Positions 18,806 to 28,974 of a DNA stretch of 64,000 nucleotides are shown in pieces. The stretch comes from an uncultured Candidatus Saccharibacteria bacterium. Lineage in GTDB: Bacteria; Patescibacteriota; JAQUNI01. A model generated the notes under the pieces. That model was not told where the DNA came from. It saw only the letters and a program-made list of their open reading frames with translations, and did not search any database. The stretch's first letter is position 1. Every line of letters begins with the position of its first letter. A program made the position numbers and the translations under genes. The stretch spans positions 34,185-98,184 of the forward strand of contig CAZKRD010000001.1 of the NCBI GenBank assembly GCA_964555185.1. The letters are read 5' to 3'.

Positions 18806-20530
18806 ATGTTCAAAGACAGTGAACTAAAAAAAATCCTTTTAAGGGATAAGGTGGTAAGACCGGATAAGATTCGCAAGGCCGAACAGCAGGCCAAGAAGGA
18901 TAAAATCAACTTGGCTTCGGAATTGGTTAAGCAAGGCGCGGTTTCAGAGCAGGAATTGGTGGAGGTTTTCTCTGAAAATTCGAAGATCCCTTACGTCAGT
19001 CTAAAGAACAAGAGGATCCCTCGCGATGTCCTGCTTTTGATTCCAGAGCCGATCGCCCGCAACCATCAGGTGATTGCTTTTGAAAAAGAACGTAATAAGT
19101 TAAAACTGGCGATGGTTGATCCGAGTGACCTTCAGACTATTGAGTTCATTAAAAAGAAAACGGGTTTTCAGATTGAAGCTTCCCTGGTGACCGCTTCCGA
19201 TGTGGCGGAGGTTTTGAAGCAGTATCGCAAGAGCTTAAAGACAGAATTTTCCGAGATCGTTGAGGAGGTGCCGAAAGCGAAGGGAGAGGAGGAATTAAGA
19301 GAGATGGCGCAGAGACTGCCCGTGGTCAAGATCGTGGATACGTTTTTAGAGTATGCGATTTACGAAAACGCTTCGGATATTCACATCGAACCGTTGGAGA
19401 AAGAGATTATCGTCCGTTATCGGGTGGACGGCATATTGCGGGATGTGATGAATCTGCCCAAGAAAGTGCTGTCCGGGGTGGTAGCGCGGATTAAGGTGCT
19501 TTCTGATCTTAGGATTGATGAGCATCGTCTTCCTCAAGACGGACGTTTTAAGATCGAGACTGATGAATACAAAATTTCCTTTCGGGTATCTGTGATCCCT
19601 GTTTTTGACGGCGAGAAGATAGTGATGCGTTTGCTGTCAGAATCCACGAAACCTTTGAATTTAGAGGAATTGGGCTTACGCAAAAACGCGCTTAAAGTGG
19701 TTCAATTAAACATCAAGAGGCCGCACGGGATGATCCTTGCTACCGGCCCTACCGGTTCGGGTAAGACCACCACCCTTTACAGCATCTTGAATATTCTAAA
19801 TACGGTCAAGGTCAATATTTGTACGATTGAGGATCCGATCGAATATCACCTGTCTCGGATTAATCAGAGCCAAGTAAAACCCAAGATCGGCTATGCTTTT
19901 GCCAATGGTTTGCGGGCGCTCTTGCGCCAGGACCCGGATATTATTATGGTTGGCGAGATTCGCGACCGCGAGACCGCCGAGATGGCTGTTCATTCCGCGC
20001 TTACCGGTCACCTGGTTCTCTCTACTCTGCATACCAACAACGCAGCCGGAGCGATTCCGCGCCTGATTGATATGCACATCGAGCCGTTTTTGGCCGCTTC
20101 AACCCTGAATGTCCTGATCGCCCAGAGACTGGTCCGCCGGATTTGTGCTAATTGTATTGAAAGTTATCACCTGGATAAGAAAATGTGGAAGAATGTGGGC
20201 GGGCAGGTCAATCTCAAAAAACTTTTAGCGATTTTAGCCAAAGAAGGAGTGATTGTTTCTTCTAAGGCCAGGCCCGGTTCTTTGTTGTTTTACCGGGGCC
20301 GTGGTTGTTCGCAATGCAATGACACCGGTTATAAGGGTCGGATTGCCACCCTTGAGGTTTTAGAGGTGAGCGAGGAGATTCAAAAACTGACCGTGCAGAA
20401 GGCGCCGACAGAAGTGATTGAAAGACAGGCGATTGCCGAAGGGATGGTAACGATGCTGGAAGACGGTTTTTACAAAGCTAAGATGGGCATCACTACGATT
20501 GAAGAGGTTTTAAGGGTAACCCAGGAATAA
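18806..20530 (+). CDS. pilB: Type IV pilus assembly ATPase (PilB/GspE)
   Basis: ASDIHIEP, PQDGR, GPTGSGKTT, EDPIE, LRQDPD, TGHLVLSTLH, CxxC pairs. Confidence 0.95.
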   Translation: MFKDSELKKILLRDKVVRPDKIRKAEQQAKKDKINLASELVKQGAVSEQELVEVFSENSKIPYVSLKNKRIPRDVLLLIPEPIARNHQVIAFEKERNKLKLAMVDPSDLQTIEFIKKKTGFQIEASLVTASDVAEVLKQYRKSLKTEFSEIVEEVPKAKGEEELREMAQRLPVVKIVDTFLEYAIYENASDIHIEPLEKEIIVRYRVDGILRDVMNLPKKVLSGVVARIKVLSDLRIDEHRLPQDGRFKIETDEYKISFRVSVIPVFDGEKIVMRLLSESTKPLNLEELGLRKNALKVVQLNIKRPHGMILATGPTGSGKTTTLYSILNILNTVKVNICTIEDPIEYHLSRINQSQVKPKIGYAFANGLRALLRQDPDIIMVGEIRDRETAEMAVHSALTGHLVLSTLHTNNAAGAIPRLIDMHIEPFLAASTLNVLIAQRLVRRICANCIESYHLDKKMWKNVGGQVNLKKLLAILAKEGVIVSSKARPGSLLFYRGRGCSQCNDTGYKGRIATLEVLEVSEEIQKLTVQKAPTEVIERQAIAEGMVTMLEDGFYKAKMGITTIEEVLRVTQE

Positions 20531-20616
20531 GTTAAAAGTTAAAAGTGCAAAGTTGAGTTCAAAGTTCAAAGTTTTAGATTTTTAATTTTGAACTTTGAAC
20601 TTTGAATTTTGAACTA
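20530..20616. repeat. Inverted 7-mer array, family A
   Basis: gttaaaa gttaaaa gtgcaaa...gttcaaa / ttttgaa ctttgaa ctttgaa; fills pilB-pilC gap. Confidence 0.8.
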
Positions 20617-20621
20617 GAAAC

Positions 20622-21842
20622 GTGCCTTTATATACTTACACAGCCCGGGATAAGCAGGGCAATATTAAACAAGGCGAAATCAACCTCGGATCCGAGCGCA
20701 AGCTAGCTCACTGGCTTTATGCCCAAGGTTATTTATTGACCAAATTTGAAGAGAAAGGAGGCAGAGGCAAGAGCGCTTTTTGGGACAAAATTCGCTTGCG
20801 ATTAGGCTATATTTCCCTAATTGACAGGGTCCTGTTCACTCGTTATCTAGAGGTGATGTTGAAAGCAGGGCTCTCTCTGGTTAAGGCCCTTCATATTTTA
20901 GCCGAGCAGACCGAGAATCGGAAATTAAAAAAGGTGATCGAAACCCTGGGCAGTGATTTGGAAGCGGGCTCCACCCTTCATCAGGCAATGAAAAAGCACG
21001 ATGATGTTTTTTCCGAGTTGTATGTGAGTGTTATCAAGACAGGAGAGGCTTCAGGGACCTTGGATAAGTCTTTAGATCAATTAGCGACTCAATTGAAAAA
21101 AGACCGCGACTTGGTCAAAAAAGTCACTGGGGCGATGATTTATCCTGCTTTGATCTTTTTAGGGATGGGCGGGCTTGGTTTTGTGATGATGACTTTTGTT
21201 CTCCCTAAATTAACCAGTATTTTCGAGGAGTTTGACACTACCCTCCCCTTGCCGACCAGGATTTTGATTCTGGTCAGCAATTTTATGGCCGTTCACAGCC
21301 TTTGGATTATTGCTGCTCTTGTTATTTTTGGTTTCCTGCTGGTTAGATTTGTCCGTTCAAAGACCGGGCATAAAATTTTTCACTTTCTTTATTTAAGGAT
21401 TCCTGTAATCAGCGGAATCGTAAAGAAGTTTAACATTGCCCGCTTTGTCCGCAATTTAGGTTCTCTTTTGGCTTCCGGCCTGCCGATCTTGAGAGCGCTG
21501 GAGATTGTTGCTGATGCTTTAGGAAATGTTTATTACAAAAAAGCGGTCAAGGTTTCAATCGAAGATGTGGGCAGGGGACTTTCTCTAGGCAAAACTTTAG
21601 CCCAAGATTCCCTCCTTTTCCCTCCTGTGGTCACCCAGGTGATCCAAGTGGGGGAAGAAACCGGTTCGTTAGATGAGATCTTGGGGCGCCTGGCTACGTT
21701 TTATGAAGAGGATATTGATCAGACTATGAAAAATATTTCCACAATCATTGAACCGATCTTGATGTTGATTATGGGCGGAGCAGTGGGAGTAATGGCTGTT
21801 TCGATTATCCTGCCGATCTATTCTTTGACTGGCAGTATGTAG
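20622..21842 (+). CDS. pilC: Type IV pilus platform protein (PilC/GspF)
   Basis: Two T2SSF repeats (GEASGTL, GEETGSL), AMIYP, IEP.L. Confidence 0.95.
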   Translation: MPLYTYTARDKQGNIKQGEINLGSERKLAHWLYAQGYLLTKFEEKGGRGKSAFWDKIRLRLGYISLIDRVLFTRYLEVMLKAGLSLVKALHILAEQTENRKLKKVIETLGSDLEAGSTLHQAMKKHDDVFSELYVSVIKTGEASGTLDKSLDQLATQLKKDRDLVKKVTGAMIYPALIFLGMGGLGFVMMTFVLPKLTSIFEEFDTTLPLPTRILILVSNFMAVHSLWIIAALVIFGFLLVRFVRSKTGHKIFHFLYLRIPVISGIVKKFNIARFVRNLGSLLASGLPILRALEIVADALGNVYYKKAVKVSIEDVGRGLSLGKTLAQDSLLFPPVVTQVIQVGEETGSLDEILGRLATFYEEDIDQTMKNISTIIEPILMLIMGGAVGVMAVSIILPIYSLTGSM

Positions 21843-21878
21843 TTTTTTAAAAACCTATGATCAAGAGGAGAATTATAT

Positions 21879-22346
21879 ATGTTTAGCTATTATCAAAGAG
21901 GGATCAGTCTGGTTGAGCTTTTAATCGTGATCGCGATTATTGTCGCTGTTTTGGGGGTGAGCATCCCTGCCTGGCGGGCTTTTGCTCCTCGTTTTAAATT
22001 GAACAGTGAAACCGAAAGAGTGGTGGAGGAACTGCGCCTGGCCCAGCAGAAAACGGTTTCGGAGCAGATTGTTTATGTTTTAGAGTTTGACAAGGAAGCA
22101 GAGAGCTATACCCTGATCCGTTTTAATCCAGACCCAGAGAATCCCGGTGAATACATCCCCGAGACATTAAAGACCGAAACCCTGGATCCAGAGATTGAAA
22201 TTAAAGAGCTGTATGATCTCACAGAGCCGGAGATAAGGTTTACGGCAGCGGGCGGGGTGGCAGAAGCGGGCCAGATTGAACTTGTAAATCAGAAGGGAGA
22301 TACAAAACTGATTGATGTCCGGCCGTCAGGGTTTATCAACTATTAG
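21879..22346 (+). CDS. Prepilin-type protein (FimT/GspH-like)
   Basis: RG|ISLVELLIVIAII class III signal. Confidence 0.88.
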   Translation: MFSYYQRGISLVELLIVIAIIVAVLGVSIPAWRAFAPRFKLNSETERVVEELRLAQQKTVSEQIVYVLEFDKEAESYTLIRFNPDPENPGEYIPETLKTETLDPEIEIKELYDLTEPEIRFTAAGGVAEAGQIELVNQKGDTKLIDVRPSGFINY

Positions 22347-22352
22347 AATTAA

Positions 22353-22775
22353 ATGATTTTTACAAAACAAAACAAAAGAGGTTTCACCTTAGTTGAGGCG
22401 ATGATTGCCCTGACCATTTTTGTGATTGGTATTCTGGCTGTTTTGCAGTTTTTGCCAATGAGCACCAAACTGGCTGCCCGAGCGAGGTTGAAAAGCCAAG
22501 CGATTTTCTTGACCCAGGGTAAAATGGAGGAATATCTGGCAAAGTCTTATTTGGAGCTTACGACCGGCGTGGTGGAAATACGCGCCCCTCAAGTTTCTGA
22601 TACGACAAGCCAGCTTTATTATTTTGAGACCGAGGTGGAGATAGATTATGTTGACGAGAACCTGGTTGAGGTTTTCGAGGATCAGGGGATGAAAAAGATC
22701 GAGATTACCACCTACTGGACAGAAAGAGGAACGGAAAAGCAGGATAAATTAGTGACCCTGGTGAGCAGGTATTAA
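22353..22775 (+). CDS. Prepilin-type protein (PilV-like)
   Basis: RG|FTLVEAMIAL. Confidence 0.9.
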   Translation: MIFTKQNKRGFTLVEAMIALTIFVIGILAVLQFLPMSTKLAARARLKSQAIFLTQGKMEEYLAKSYLELTTGVVEIRAPQVSDTTSQLYYFETEVEIDYVDENLVEVFEDQGMKKIEITTYWTERGTEKQDKLVTLVSRY

Positions 22776-22805
22776 AAAATTTCGCTTTAGCAGAAATTAA
22801 TTAAA

Positions 22806-23447
22806 ATGTATTTGAATTCAGATCCTAAAACCTCCGCCTTCGCCAAAGGCGGACGAGCGGACAGGCAAATTTCAAACCACACCCGCCAGAGGGGCTTCAC
22901 TTTGATTGAGGTTTTGGTTGCGGTTGCTATTGGCACTTTGATTATTTTGTTGACGTATGTCTCGTATGATCTTGTGATCCGTCTGACCGAAAGAGAGAGC
23001 AGGAAAATTGAACTTGTCCAAAACGGACGGGTGGCTTTGGATCGGATCACTCGGGAAATCCGGCAGTCTGATGATCTGGTAACCATTCTGCCGGAGACAG
23101 CAGACGATCCTCTAGACCCGCCCCCTGCCGAGATTATGTTTCAAGATGGCCATAGTTTGGATCCAATCAGCTATCTCCGTTATTATTTGGACGAAAATTT
23201 TCTTCATCGCGAGGTCTCTCATTATTCTTTTGACAGCGATCCAGAGATATGGGTTTATTGGGGTGCTGAAGATGAATTTGGCACCCCTGCTTCCCAGATG
23301 GTTGATCAGGATGACATTATTGCTGAATACATTGAGGATTTAATCTTCTGGGGCGGAGACCGGTTAGTGAGTATCCGTTTTTCCACTTCTTCCGGTGATG
23401 AGCAGGTAGAGTTTTTGACTAAGGTTTGCGGCAGAAACCTATGGTAG
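22806..23447 (+). CDS. Prepilin-type protein (PilW-like) with palindrome insertion in its leader
   Basis: RG|FTLIEVLVA; RITREIRQS; leader includes TSAFAKGGRADRQ from palindrome 22831-22865. Confidence 0.88.
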   Translation: MYLNSDPKTSAFAKGGRADRQISNHTRQRGFTLIEVLVAVAIGTLIILLTYVSYDLVIRLTERESRKIELVQNGRVALDRITREIRQSDDLVTILPETADDPLDPPPAEIMFQDGHSLDPISYLRYYLDENFLHREVSHYSFDSDPEIWVYWGAEDEFGTPASQMVDQDDIIAEYIEDLIFWGGDRLVSIRFSTSSGDEQVEFLTKVCGRNLW

Positions 23448-23486
23448 AATTAAAGAATTAGCGAGTTAACGAGTTAAAGAATTATT

Positions 23487-24704
23487 ATGAACAAGGGTTT
23501 TGCCTTAATATCAGTGATTTTAATCCTAGGAGTACTTTTACTCATCGGTACCGCCTTTTTCACTTTGGTCAGTTTTGAGAATAAGATTTCTTTAAGCCAG
23601 GAATCTACTTTCGGCACCTATTACCTCGCCGAAGCTGGTATCAATGAAGTTATTTACAAATTACGAAATGATTCAGTCTGGCAGGATGAATTTGAAGACG
23701 GTACGATTGACCGCGGCTTCACCAGAACAGATGATTTGGTCGAGAGCGGGTCTTATCAAGTCAGGATAGTTTCTACAGACCCTGGCGAGGCGGACATAGT
23801 ATCAATTGGCAGATTAGACCTTCACGGCTCGATTGCCCAGAGAGTGGTTAAAACCAAGGTGATTAAAGCGGTTAACCCCAATCCCCTAGCTGATATGACT
23901 ACCTACACGGATGAGGATACCAATATCAATTTAAGTTTTGTCACAGTGGAGACCGGTAGTATATTTGCTAACGATGATTTAAATTTGTTTGCCTGGAGCA
24001 GAGCGGATATTTTAAACGGCCAAGCAATGGCGGCTGATCAGATTAATCTCCGCGGCACCTCTACTTTAAATGCTTCTGGCGGCTGCTTCGCGACTAATTG
24101 TCCGTCCGATTGTTCTTCTTGCAATCCCGCTCCGGACCATGTTGCTATGCCAATGCTTGATTTTGATTCGGATGACGAGAATTCCTATAAAAGCAAAGCA
24201 GGAGCGGTTTACACCGAGGCCGAATTTAAGGATCTTTTGGATAATAATAATCCTCTGGTTTTAGATCGCGATGTTACTTATGTCGAGGGCGATGTCAGGA
24301 TTAAGCGGGGGCACTCTCTGATCTTGAGCGGGATTTTGGTGGCGGATGGCAACATCACTTTTGGCGAATGGGCCGGAAGCAGTCATATTGAAATTAATCA
24401 CACACCAGGCAAGGGTTCGGGTTTAATTTCCAAAAACTCCATTGAGTTTATGATGCAGCCCTGGGCTGATGACATTAATATTGAGGGAGTGCTCTATGCG
24501 ATGGATCGGGTCCGGATCAGAGACATAGCCTTTATCGGCAATTTTTCTTTAACCGGCGCGATTGTGGCGCGGGAGCTTACTTTTTTTGATCTTTGGGGCA
24601 ACAGCACTCTTAATTATGATGATGATACCCTAGTCAAAACCCTTTTTGGCCCGCCGGCTGACGCGCCCGTGGTCACAATTGAACATTGGGAGGAAGAATA
24701 CTAG
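23487..24704 (+). CDS. PilX-like minor pilin
   Basis: KG|FALISVIL without E5; YYLAEAGI PilX_N motif; beta-rich C-terminus ending WEEEY. Confidence 0.8.
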   Translation: MNKGFALISVILILGVLLLIGTAFFTLVSFENKISLSQESTFGTYYLAEAGINEVIYKLRNDSVWQDEFEDGTIDRGFTRTDDLVESGSYQVRIVSTDPGEADIVSIGRLDLHGSIAQRVVKTKVIKAVNPNPLADMTTYTDEDTNINLSFVTVETGSIFANDDLNLFAWSRADILNGQAMAADQINLRGTSTLNASGGCFATNCPSDCSSCNPAPDHVAMPMLDFDSDDENSYKSKAGAVYTEAEFKDLLDNNNPLVLDRDVTYVEGDVRIKRGHSLILSGILVADGNITFGEWAGSSHIEINHTPGKGSGLISKNSIEFMMQPWADDINIEGVLYAMDRVRIRDIAFIGNFSLTGAIVARELTFFDLWGNSTLNYDDDTLVKTLFGPPADAPVVTIEHWEEEY

Positions 24705-24706
24705 GT

Positions 24707-24863
24707 TAATTTTCAATTTTCAAGTACCAATGTACTAATCAATTTTCAATTTTCAAGTATCAATTTTCAATAACCAATGACTAAATGTTCAAACTGTTTG
24801 AAAATTAAATCTATTCGAACCTTCGGATTTGATTGAAAATTGAGATTTGAAAATTGAAAATTA
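24707..24863. mobile_element. Family B inverted 7-mer element (TTTTCAA), copy 1
   Basis: Core atcaattttcaataaccaatgactaaatgttcaaactgtttgaaaattaaatctatt shared with copies at 29400, 44417 and (reversed, diverged) 42161. Confidence 0.85.
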
Positions 24864-24868
24864 TATTT

Positions 24869-25912
24869 ATGCGTGCTTTCGGTCTGGATTTATCAGACGC
24901 CAGTTTAAAATTAATTGAATTGAAGAAAGAAGGACAAAACATTGAATTGGCCAATTTTTGTGACTTGCCGCTTGCCGAAGGGGTGATTGTCAAAGGGAGG
25001 ATCGTGAAAGAAGATTTGTTAGCAACCTCGATTAAGGAAGTTTTAAAAAAAGCGCAAAAAGGAAAAGTTAAGAACCGGTTTGTTGTCTCTTGCGTACCTG
25101 AATCTGAATCATTTGTCCGGATTATTAGTCTCCCCAACCTGCCCGAGGAGGAGCTTCCCCAGGGCGTGCGCTGGGAATTTGAACAGCATATCCCTCTTTC
25201 CTTGAACCAGGTTTATTTAGATTGGCAGAAAATTGAATCAGAAGAGGAGGAAACCAAGGTTTTAGTTATCGCTTCGCCTAAGAAGCTGATTGATGCTTAT
25301 ACCAGCGCCCTGAAAAGAGGCGGCTTGATCCCCTGGGCTGTCGAGGCGGAATCAGCCGCCACTGCCCGCAGTTTAATCAAGGAGGGAGATCCGGCTTGTT
25401 TTTTGCTGGTGGATATTGGTTTTAGCCGGACCGGCCTAATTATTTATGATCATGAGACACTGCAGTTTACTTCTGCGGTTGAACCCTTTGGCCAGTCTTT
25501 TACCGATAAATTAACCGAAGATTTAAAAGTGGGCCTGAAAGAGGCAGAGAGCCTCAAGAGAACCTATGGTTTAAGCAGCAGGAAGAAGGGGCCTTCGGAG
25601 AAGGTTCACAAATCCCTCTTGCCCCTGGTTCAATTTTTGGCCAAAGAAATTAGAATCGCGCTCAAGTTTTACTCGGAGCATTTTCCCAGAGGTCAAGCGG
25701 TCAAAAAGATTGTCTTATCCGGCGGCGGATCTAAACTGAAAGGCCTAGTACCTGAACTGAAAGCGATCCTGAAAGCGGACGTTACTTTGGGCAACCCTTG
25801 GGTTAATATTCTGGATCCAGACCATAGATATCTGCCCGAGATCAGCCGTAAGGACTCCTTAAGCTACGCGACAGCGATCGGCTTGGCCTTGCGGGGTGTG
25901 GAAGGAGTGTAA
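24869..25912 (+). CDS. pilM: Type IV pilus assembly protein PilM
   Basis: FGLDLSD.SLK, VDIG..RT, LSGGG, NPW, ATAIGLALR. Confidence 0.93.
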   Translation: MRAFGLDLSDASLKLIELKKEGQNIELANFCDLPLAEGVIVKGRIVKEDLLATSIKEVLKKAQKGKVKNRFVVSCVPESESFVRIISLPNLPEEELPQGVRWEFEQHIPLSLNQVYLDWQKIESEEEETKVLVIASPKKLIDAYTSALKRGGLIPWAVEAESAATARSLIKEGDPACFLLVDIGFSRTGLIIYDHETLQFTSAVEPFGQSFTDKLTEDLKVGLKEAESLKRTYGLSSRKKGPSEKVHKSLLPLVQFLAKEIRIALKFYSEHFPRGQAVKKIVLSGGGSKLKGLVPELKAILKADVTLGNPWVNILDPDHRYLPEISRKDSLSYATAIGLALRGVEGV

Positions 25913-25931
25913 CAATTTTTTAAGATTTTTT

Positions 25932-26474
25932 ATGATTACGATCAATCTTCTGCCTAAAAAAAATATTCGCCAATTGAAATTGGTGAGATTAAGAGGTTTT
26001 ATTTTAAAAAGAGTTATTATCCTCTCTGTTTTTGGTCTTCTGGCGGTTTTGGCGTTAGGGGCCTTGGATTTTATGCTAAGACGGAACTTGGAGGCTTTGA
26101 ACGCTGAATTAGAGGCCAAGATGAGCGAGGCGGATACTTCTCACTCTTTGGCTTTACAAGGAAAAATTGATCGCTTTAACCAAAATCTGGAAAAAGTCGC
26201 CAAATTACAAGAGAATCACGTTCCTCTAAATCCTTTTTTGGTCGAGCTTGCCCGGATCACCCCTGCCAAAGTAAGTTTGACTTCTTTAAAGATTTTTAGA
26301 GCAGAGGCGGGCGGCGAATTGACAGGCAAAGCAGAGAGGAGGGATGATCTGTTGGAGTTCCAAGAGAATCTTAATGAAAGCGATTTTTTTGAGAGCATAG
26401 AGTCTCCCCTTTCTAACCTGACCAGCAGAGAAAATGTTGATTTTCGCTTAAAATTCAAGATCAAGAATAAATAA
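25932..26474 (+). CDS. pilN: PilN-domain protein
   Basis: INLLP motif then TM; follows pilM. Confidence 0.85.
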   Translation: MITINLLPKKNIRQLKLVRLRGFILKRVIILSVFGLLAVLALGALDFMLRRNLEALNAELEAKMSEADTSHSLALQGKIDRFNQNLEKVAKLQENHVPLNPFLVELARITPAKVSLTSLKIFRAEAGGELTGKAERRDDLLEFQENLNESDFFESIESPLSNLTSRENVDFRLKFKIKNK

Positions 26475-26476
26475 TA

Positions 26477-27049
26477 ATGAATAAACTTTCTCCCAAACAA
26501 AACTTTTTAATCTTTATCCTTGTAACTTTAGCTTTCTGGACGGTTTTTGGTCTGCTGGCGTATTATTTTCTCGCTTCAGACATTAAGAGATTGAGCAAAG
26601 AAGTCTTTTTAAAAAAAGCAGACTTGCTCCAATTGGATTACAATGCGCGCAACATTGATTATTTCCGGGAGGATTATCAAAAGCTGGAGCAGGACGGACT
26701 GCGTCTGGAACATGCAGTTTTGTCAGAAAGCGAGACGATTGTTTTTATTGAAAGGCTGGAGCAGATTGCCGCAGACCATAATGTGACCCAGGAAATTGAG
26801 CTTTTCGAGACAGAAACCAAAAAGGATAAAAAAAGCGAGAAGAAGGGAGAGGCAGAAGAAATTGATTTAGCCGGTCTCAAGCCTCTTACTTACCGCTTGG
26901 GGCTTGCCGGCAATTTTTTTGATTTAGTAAGATACATTCAAGCCTTGGAGAATTTAGATAATTATACTAATTTGAATTTCATCAACTTAACAATCCAGGA
27001 GGAGAGCGGAGTTTTGGGCGTGATTGAGGCCGAGGTCTATGTTGAATAA
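26477..27049 (+). CDS. pilO: PilO-like protein
   Basis: N-terminal TM, coiled coil, GNFFDL.RYIQALE; follows pilN. Confidence 0.75.
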   Translation: MNKLSPKQNFLIFILVTLAFWTVFGLLAYYFLASDIKRLSKEVFLKKADLLQLDYNARNIDYFREDYQKLEQDGLRLEHAVLSESETIVFIERLEQIAADHNVTQEIELFETETKKDKKSEKKGEAEEIDLAGLKPLTYRLGLAGNFFDLVRYIQALENLDNYTNLNFINLTIQEESGVLGVIEAEVYVE

Positions 27050-27075
27050 AAGCCAGCCGTAGAGGTTTTAAATTT

Positions 27076-27357
27076 ATGAAAGTTGAGATAAAAATTAAAC
27101 CCCTGGTTTCTTTATTGCGGAAACATCACCGTTTCCTTGCTTTTTGCGGAGTGATGCTTATTATTTTATTTGTTGGTTTGATTGTGGTCCGTTTTGTTAA
27201 TACTATTTTGACGCCGGAAGATTCAGGCGAGCTTGATGATGGAGTCAAAGAATTGCGCGTGGATATGCGTCTCTATCGCGAAGTGATCGGTCGGATGAAC
27301 AAGGATCAGGATGCTTCTGCTGCTAGTATTGATGGTTTGGAAAATCCTTTTAGGTAA
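27076..27357 (+). CDS. Small membrane protein ending pil operon (PilP position)
   Basis: One TM, terminal NPF motif. Confidence 0.6.
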   Translation: MKVEIKIKPLVSLLRKHHRFLAFCGVMLIILFVGLIVVRFVNTILTPEDSGELDDGVKELRVDMRLYREVIGRMNKDQDASAASIDGLENPFR

Positions 27358-27365
27358 ATTAGGTA

Positions 27366-27416
27366 AAATAAAAACACCAAAAAGCTTTATTTGTCATTTT
27401 TTGGTGTTTTTTATTT
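27366..27416. terminator. Bidirectional terminator ending pil operon
   Basis: aaataaaaacaccaaaaa / tttttggtgtttttattt. Confidence 0.75.
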
Positions 27417-27418
27417 GT

Positions 27419-27982
27419 CTAAAAAAGAATACTTTCTATCGTGATTATTTTGGAGCCGTCAATTAATATATATTCTACTAGTTGAAAGCCGTTATCCTCT
27501 TGAAATATTTTATAGTTGCCTTGTTTTTTAAGCTCCGCCACTTCTAAGAGGTTAGAGTTAAAGTCGAGTAGGTCATTGTTTGCCTGGTTTGCTTGCGGGA
27601 CAGAGTTAGGCTGACCATTTAATACCCTGCTCCATGCTTGTTTGAGATTATTGTTAGTGGCCAAGGCGATCAGCAAAAGAAAAGAGGCAGCCAGGGGTAT
27701 GGTTTTCAAGGCCCAGGGCTTGGGGATCGGATTTTGCCTGATTTTTGAGACATTTTCTTTTAGAAGGTTCGCTTCTTTGTTTAGGTTAATGTGGTTGCTA
27801 ACAAGGGCCTTAAAAAGTTTTTGGCCGAAATTTTTTGGCGCTTTGGGCGTGACTGTAATCAGGCGAGCGCAAAAACCCAAAAGAGAGTTTTTGTAAATCA
27901 AAGCCCTGCCCTTTTTCGAGAGCATCTTTTCAATCTGGGAGAGGAGGTCTTTGTTATCCAAATTGCGTTTTTGCATGGTCAT
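27419..27982 (-). CDS. Single-TM protein, candidate anti-sigma factor
   Basis: Directly downstream of ECF sigma; central TM (IPLAASFLLLIALA). Confidence 0.5.
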   Translation of the reverse strand: MTMQKRNLDNKDLLSQIEKMLSKKGRALIYKNSLLGFCARLITVTPKAPKNFGQKLFKALVSNHINLNKEANLLKENVSKIRQNPIPKPWALKTIPLAASFLLLIALATNNNLKQAWSRVLNGQPNSVPQANQANNDLLDFNSNLLEVAELKKQGNYKIFQEDNGFQLVEYILIDGSKIITIESILF

Positions 27983-28017
27983 TGTTTTCTATTATTTAAA
28001 ACGAAAGACGGGCAAGA

Positions 28018-28569
28018 TTACTGCAGTTTTCTGTATTTTTTGTGCAGAGCGCGGAGCGCGCGGCAGAGATTAGAAGCCACGGTTTTTTCCGAAGACCCTA
28101 GGGTCTCCGCGATCTCCTTGTTTTTTCTCTCGGCAAAGAAGCGCAGGGTGATTGTTTCCTTTTGGACCCTTGGCAGTTCCTCGACTAGTTTCTGCAGTTT
28201 TTGGAATAATTCCTTGCGCTGTATTTGTTCTTGGGGCAGGATTGCTTGGGATCTGATTTCAGGAATATCCTCTAAATCAATGAACTTCCTTTTCTCACTG
28301 CTTTTATAATAATCGATTATTGTGTTGCGGGCAATCCGAAAGAGCCAGCTGCCAAAGTTTGCCCCTTTCTGCCAGTGGAATCTGGATAAGTTCTTAAGCG
28401 CTTTAAAAAAAACATCGGAAACCAGGTCTTCCGTGTCTATCTTATTTCCCACCCGCCAAACAACAAAGCGGTAGATTTTGGGGAAATAGAAATTATAGAG
28501 CCGAGCAAAGCTTCGAGGATCTTTCTGTGCCTTTTTAACTAACTTTTTTTCTTGGTTTCTGTTGAGCAT
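28018..28569 (-). CDS. ECF RNA polymerase sigma factor
   Basis: EDLVSDVFFKA, F.SWLFRIARN..ID, EIAETLG.SEKTV. Confidence 0.93.
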   Translation of the reverse strand: MLNRNQEKKLVKKAQKDPRSFARLYNFYFPKIYRFVVWRVGNKIDTEDLVSDVFFKALKNLSRFHWQKGANFGSWLFRIARNTIIDYYKSSEKRKFIDLEDIPEIRSQAILPQEQIQRKELFQKLQKLVEELPRVQKETITLRFFAERKNKEIAETLGSSEKTVASNLCRALRALHKKYRKLQ

Positions 28570-28679
28570 ATTCCTTGTGATCAATCTATTCTAGCACAAG
28601 TTTTGCAGAAAATAAAAAACCGCGCAAGAGAAGCTATTTTGCTTTTAGCTTTAGCGCGGTAAAATGAGCATTTCTATTA

Positions 28680-28859
28680 TTAGTAATAGATTTTTTGTGA
28701 GAGTATCATTGACATTCTAGAAAGCGCTCCTTGGCCTGCATTTTCGTCCCATCCCTTCAGAGTTTCAATCTTTTCAAGGGTTGGTATAAGATCAAATGGG
28801 CTAGATTTATGTGGTTTACGCAACAGACTTAGTAGTCTTTTGAATCCCCTAATAAACAT
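28680..28859 (-). CDS. Small hypothetical protein
   Basis: About 59 aa ORF preceded by GAGGGG; no recognisable motif. Confidence 0.3.
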   Translation of the reverse strand: MFIRGFKRLLSLLRKPHKSSPFDLIPTLEKIETLKGWDENAGQGALSRMSMILSQKIYY

Positions 28860-28871
28860 CTCTATCACCCC

Positions 28872-28974
28872 TCATGTCTTGAGTGTTACAAAATACTTCA
28901 ACTCATTAGTAATATCGGTATAAAGCGCAATAAGTACTATCTTTTTTACTTTGTAAGATATAAACGAAATACAT
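28872..28974 (-). pseudogene. GIY-YIG nuclease remnant
   Basis: ATG 28974 gives MYFVYILQSKKDSTY; shifted frame gives YTDITNELK (cf. YxGxTxDL); frameshifted and truncated. Confidence 0.7.
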
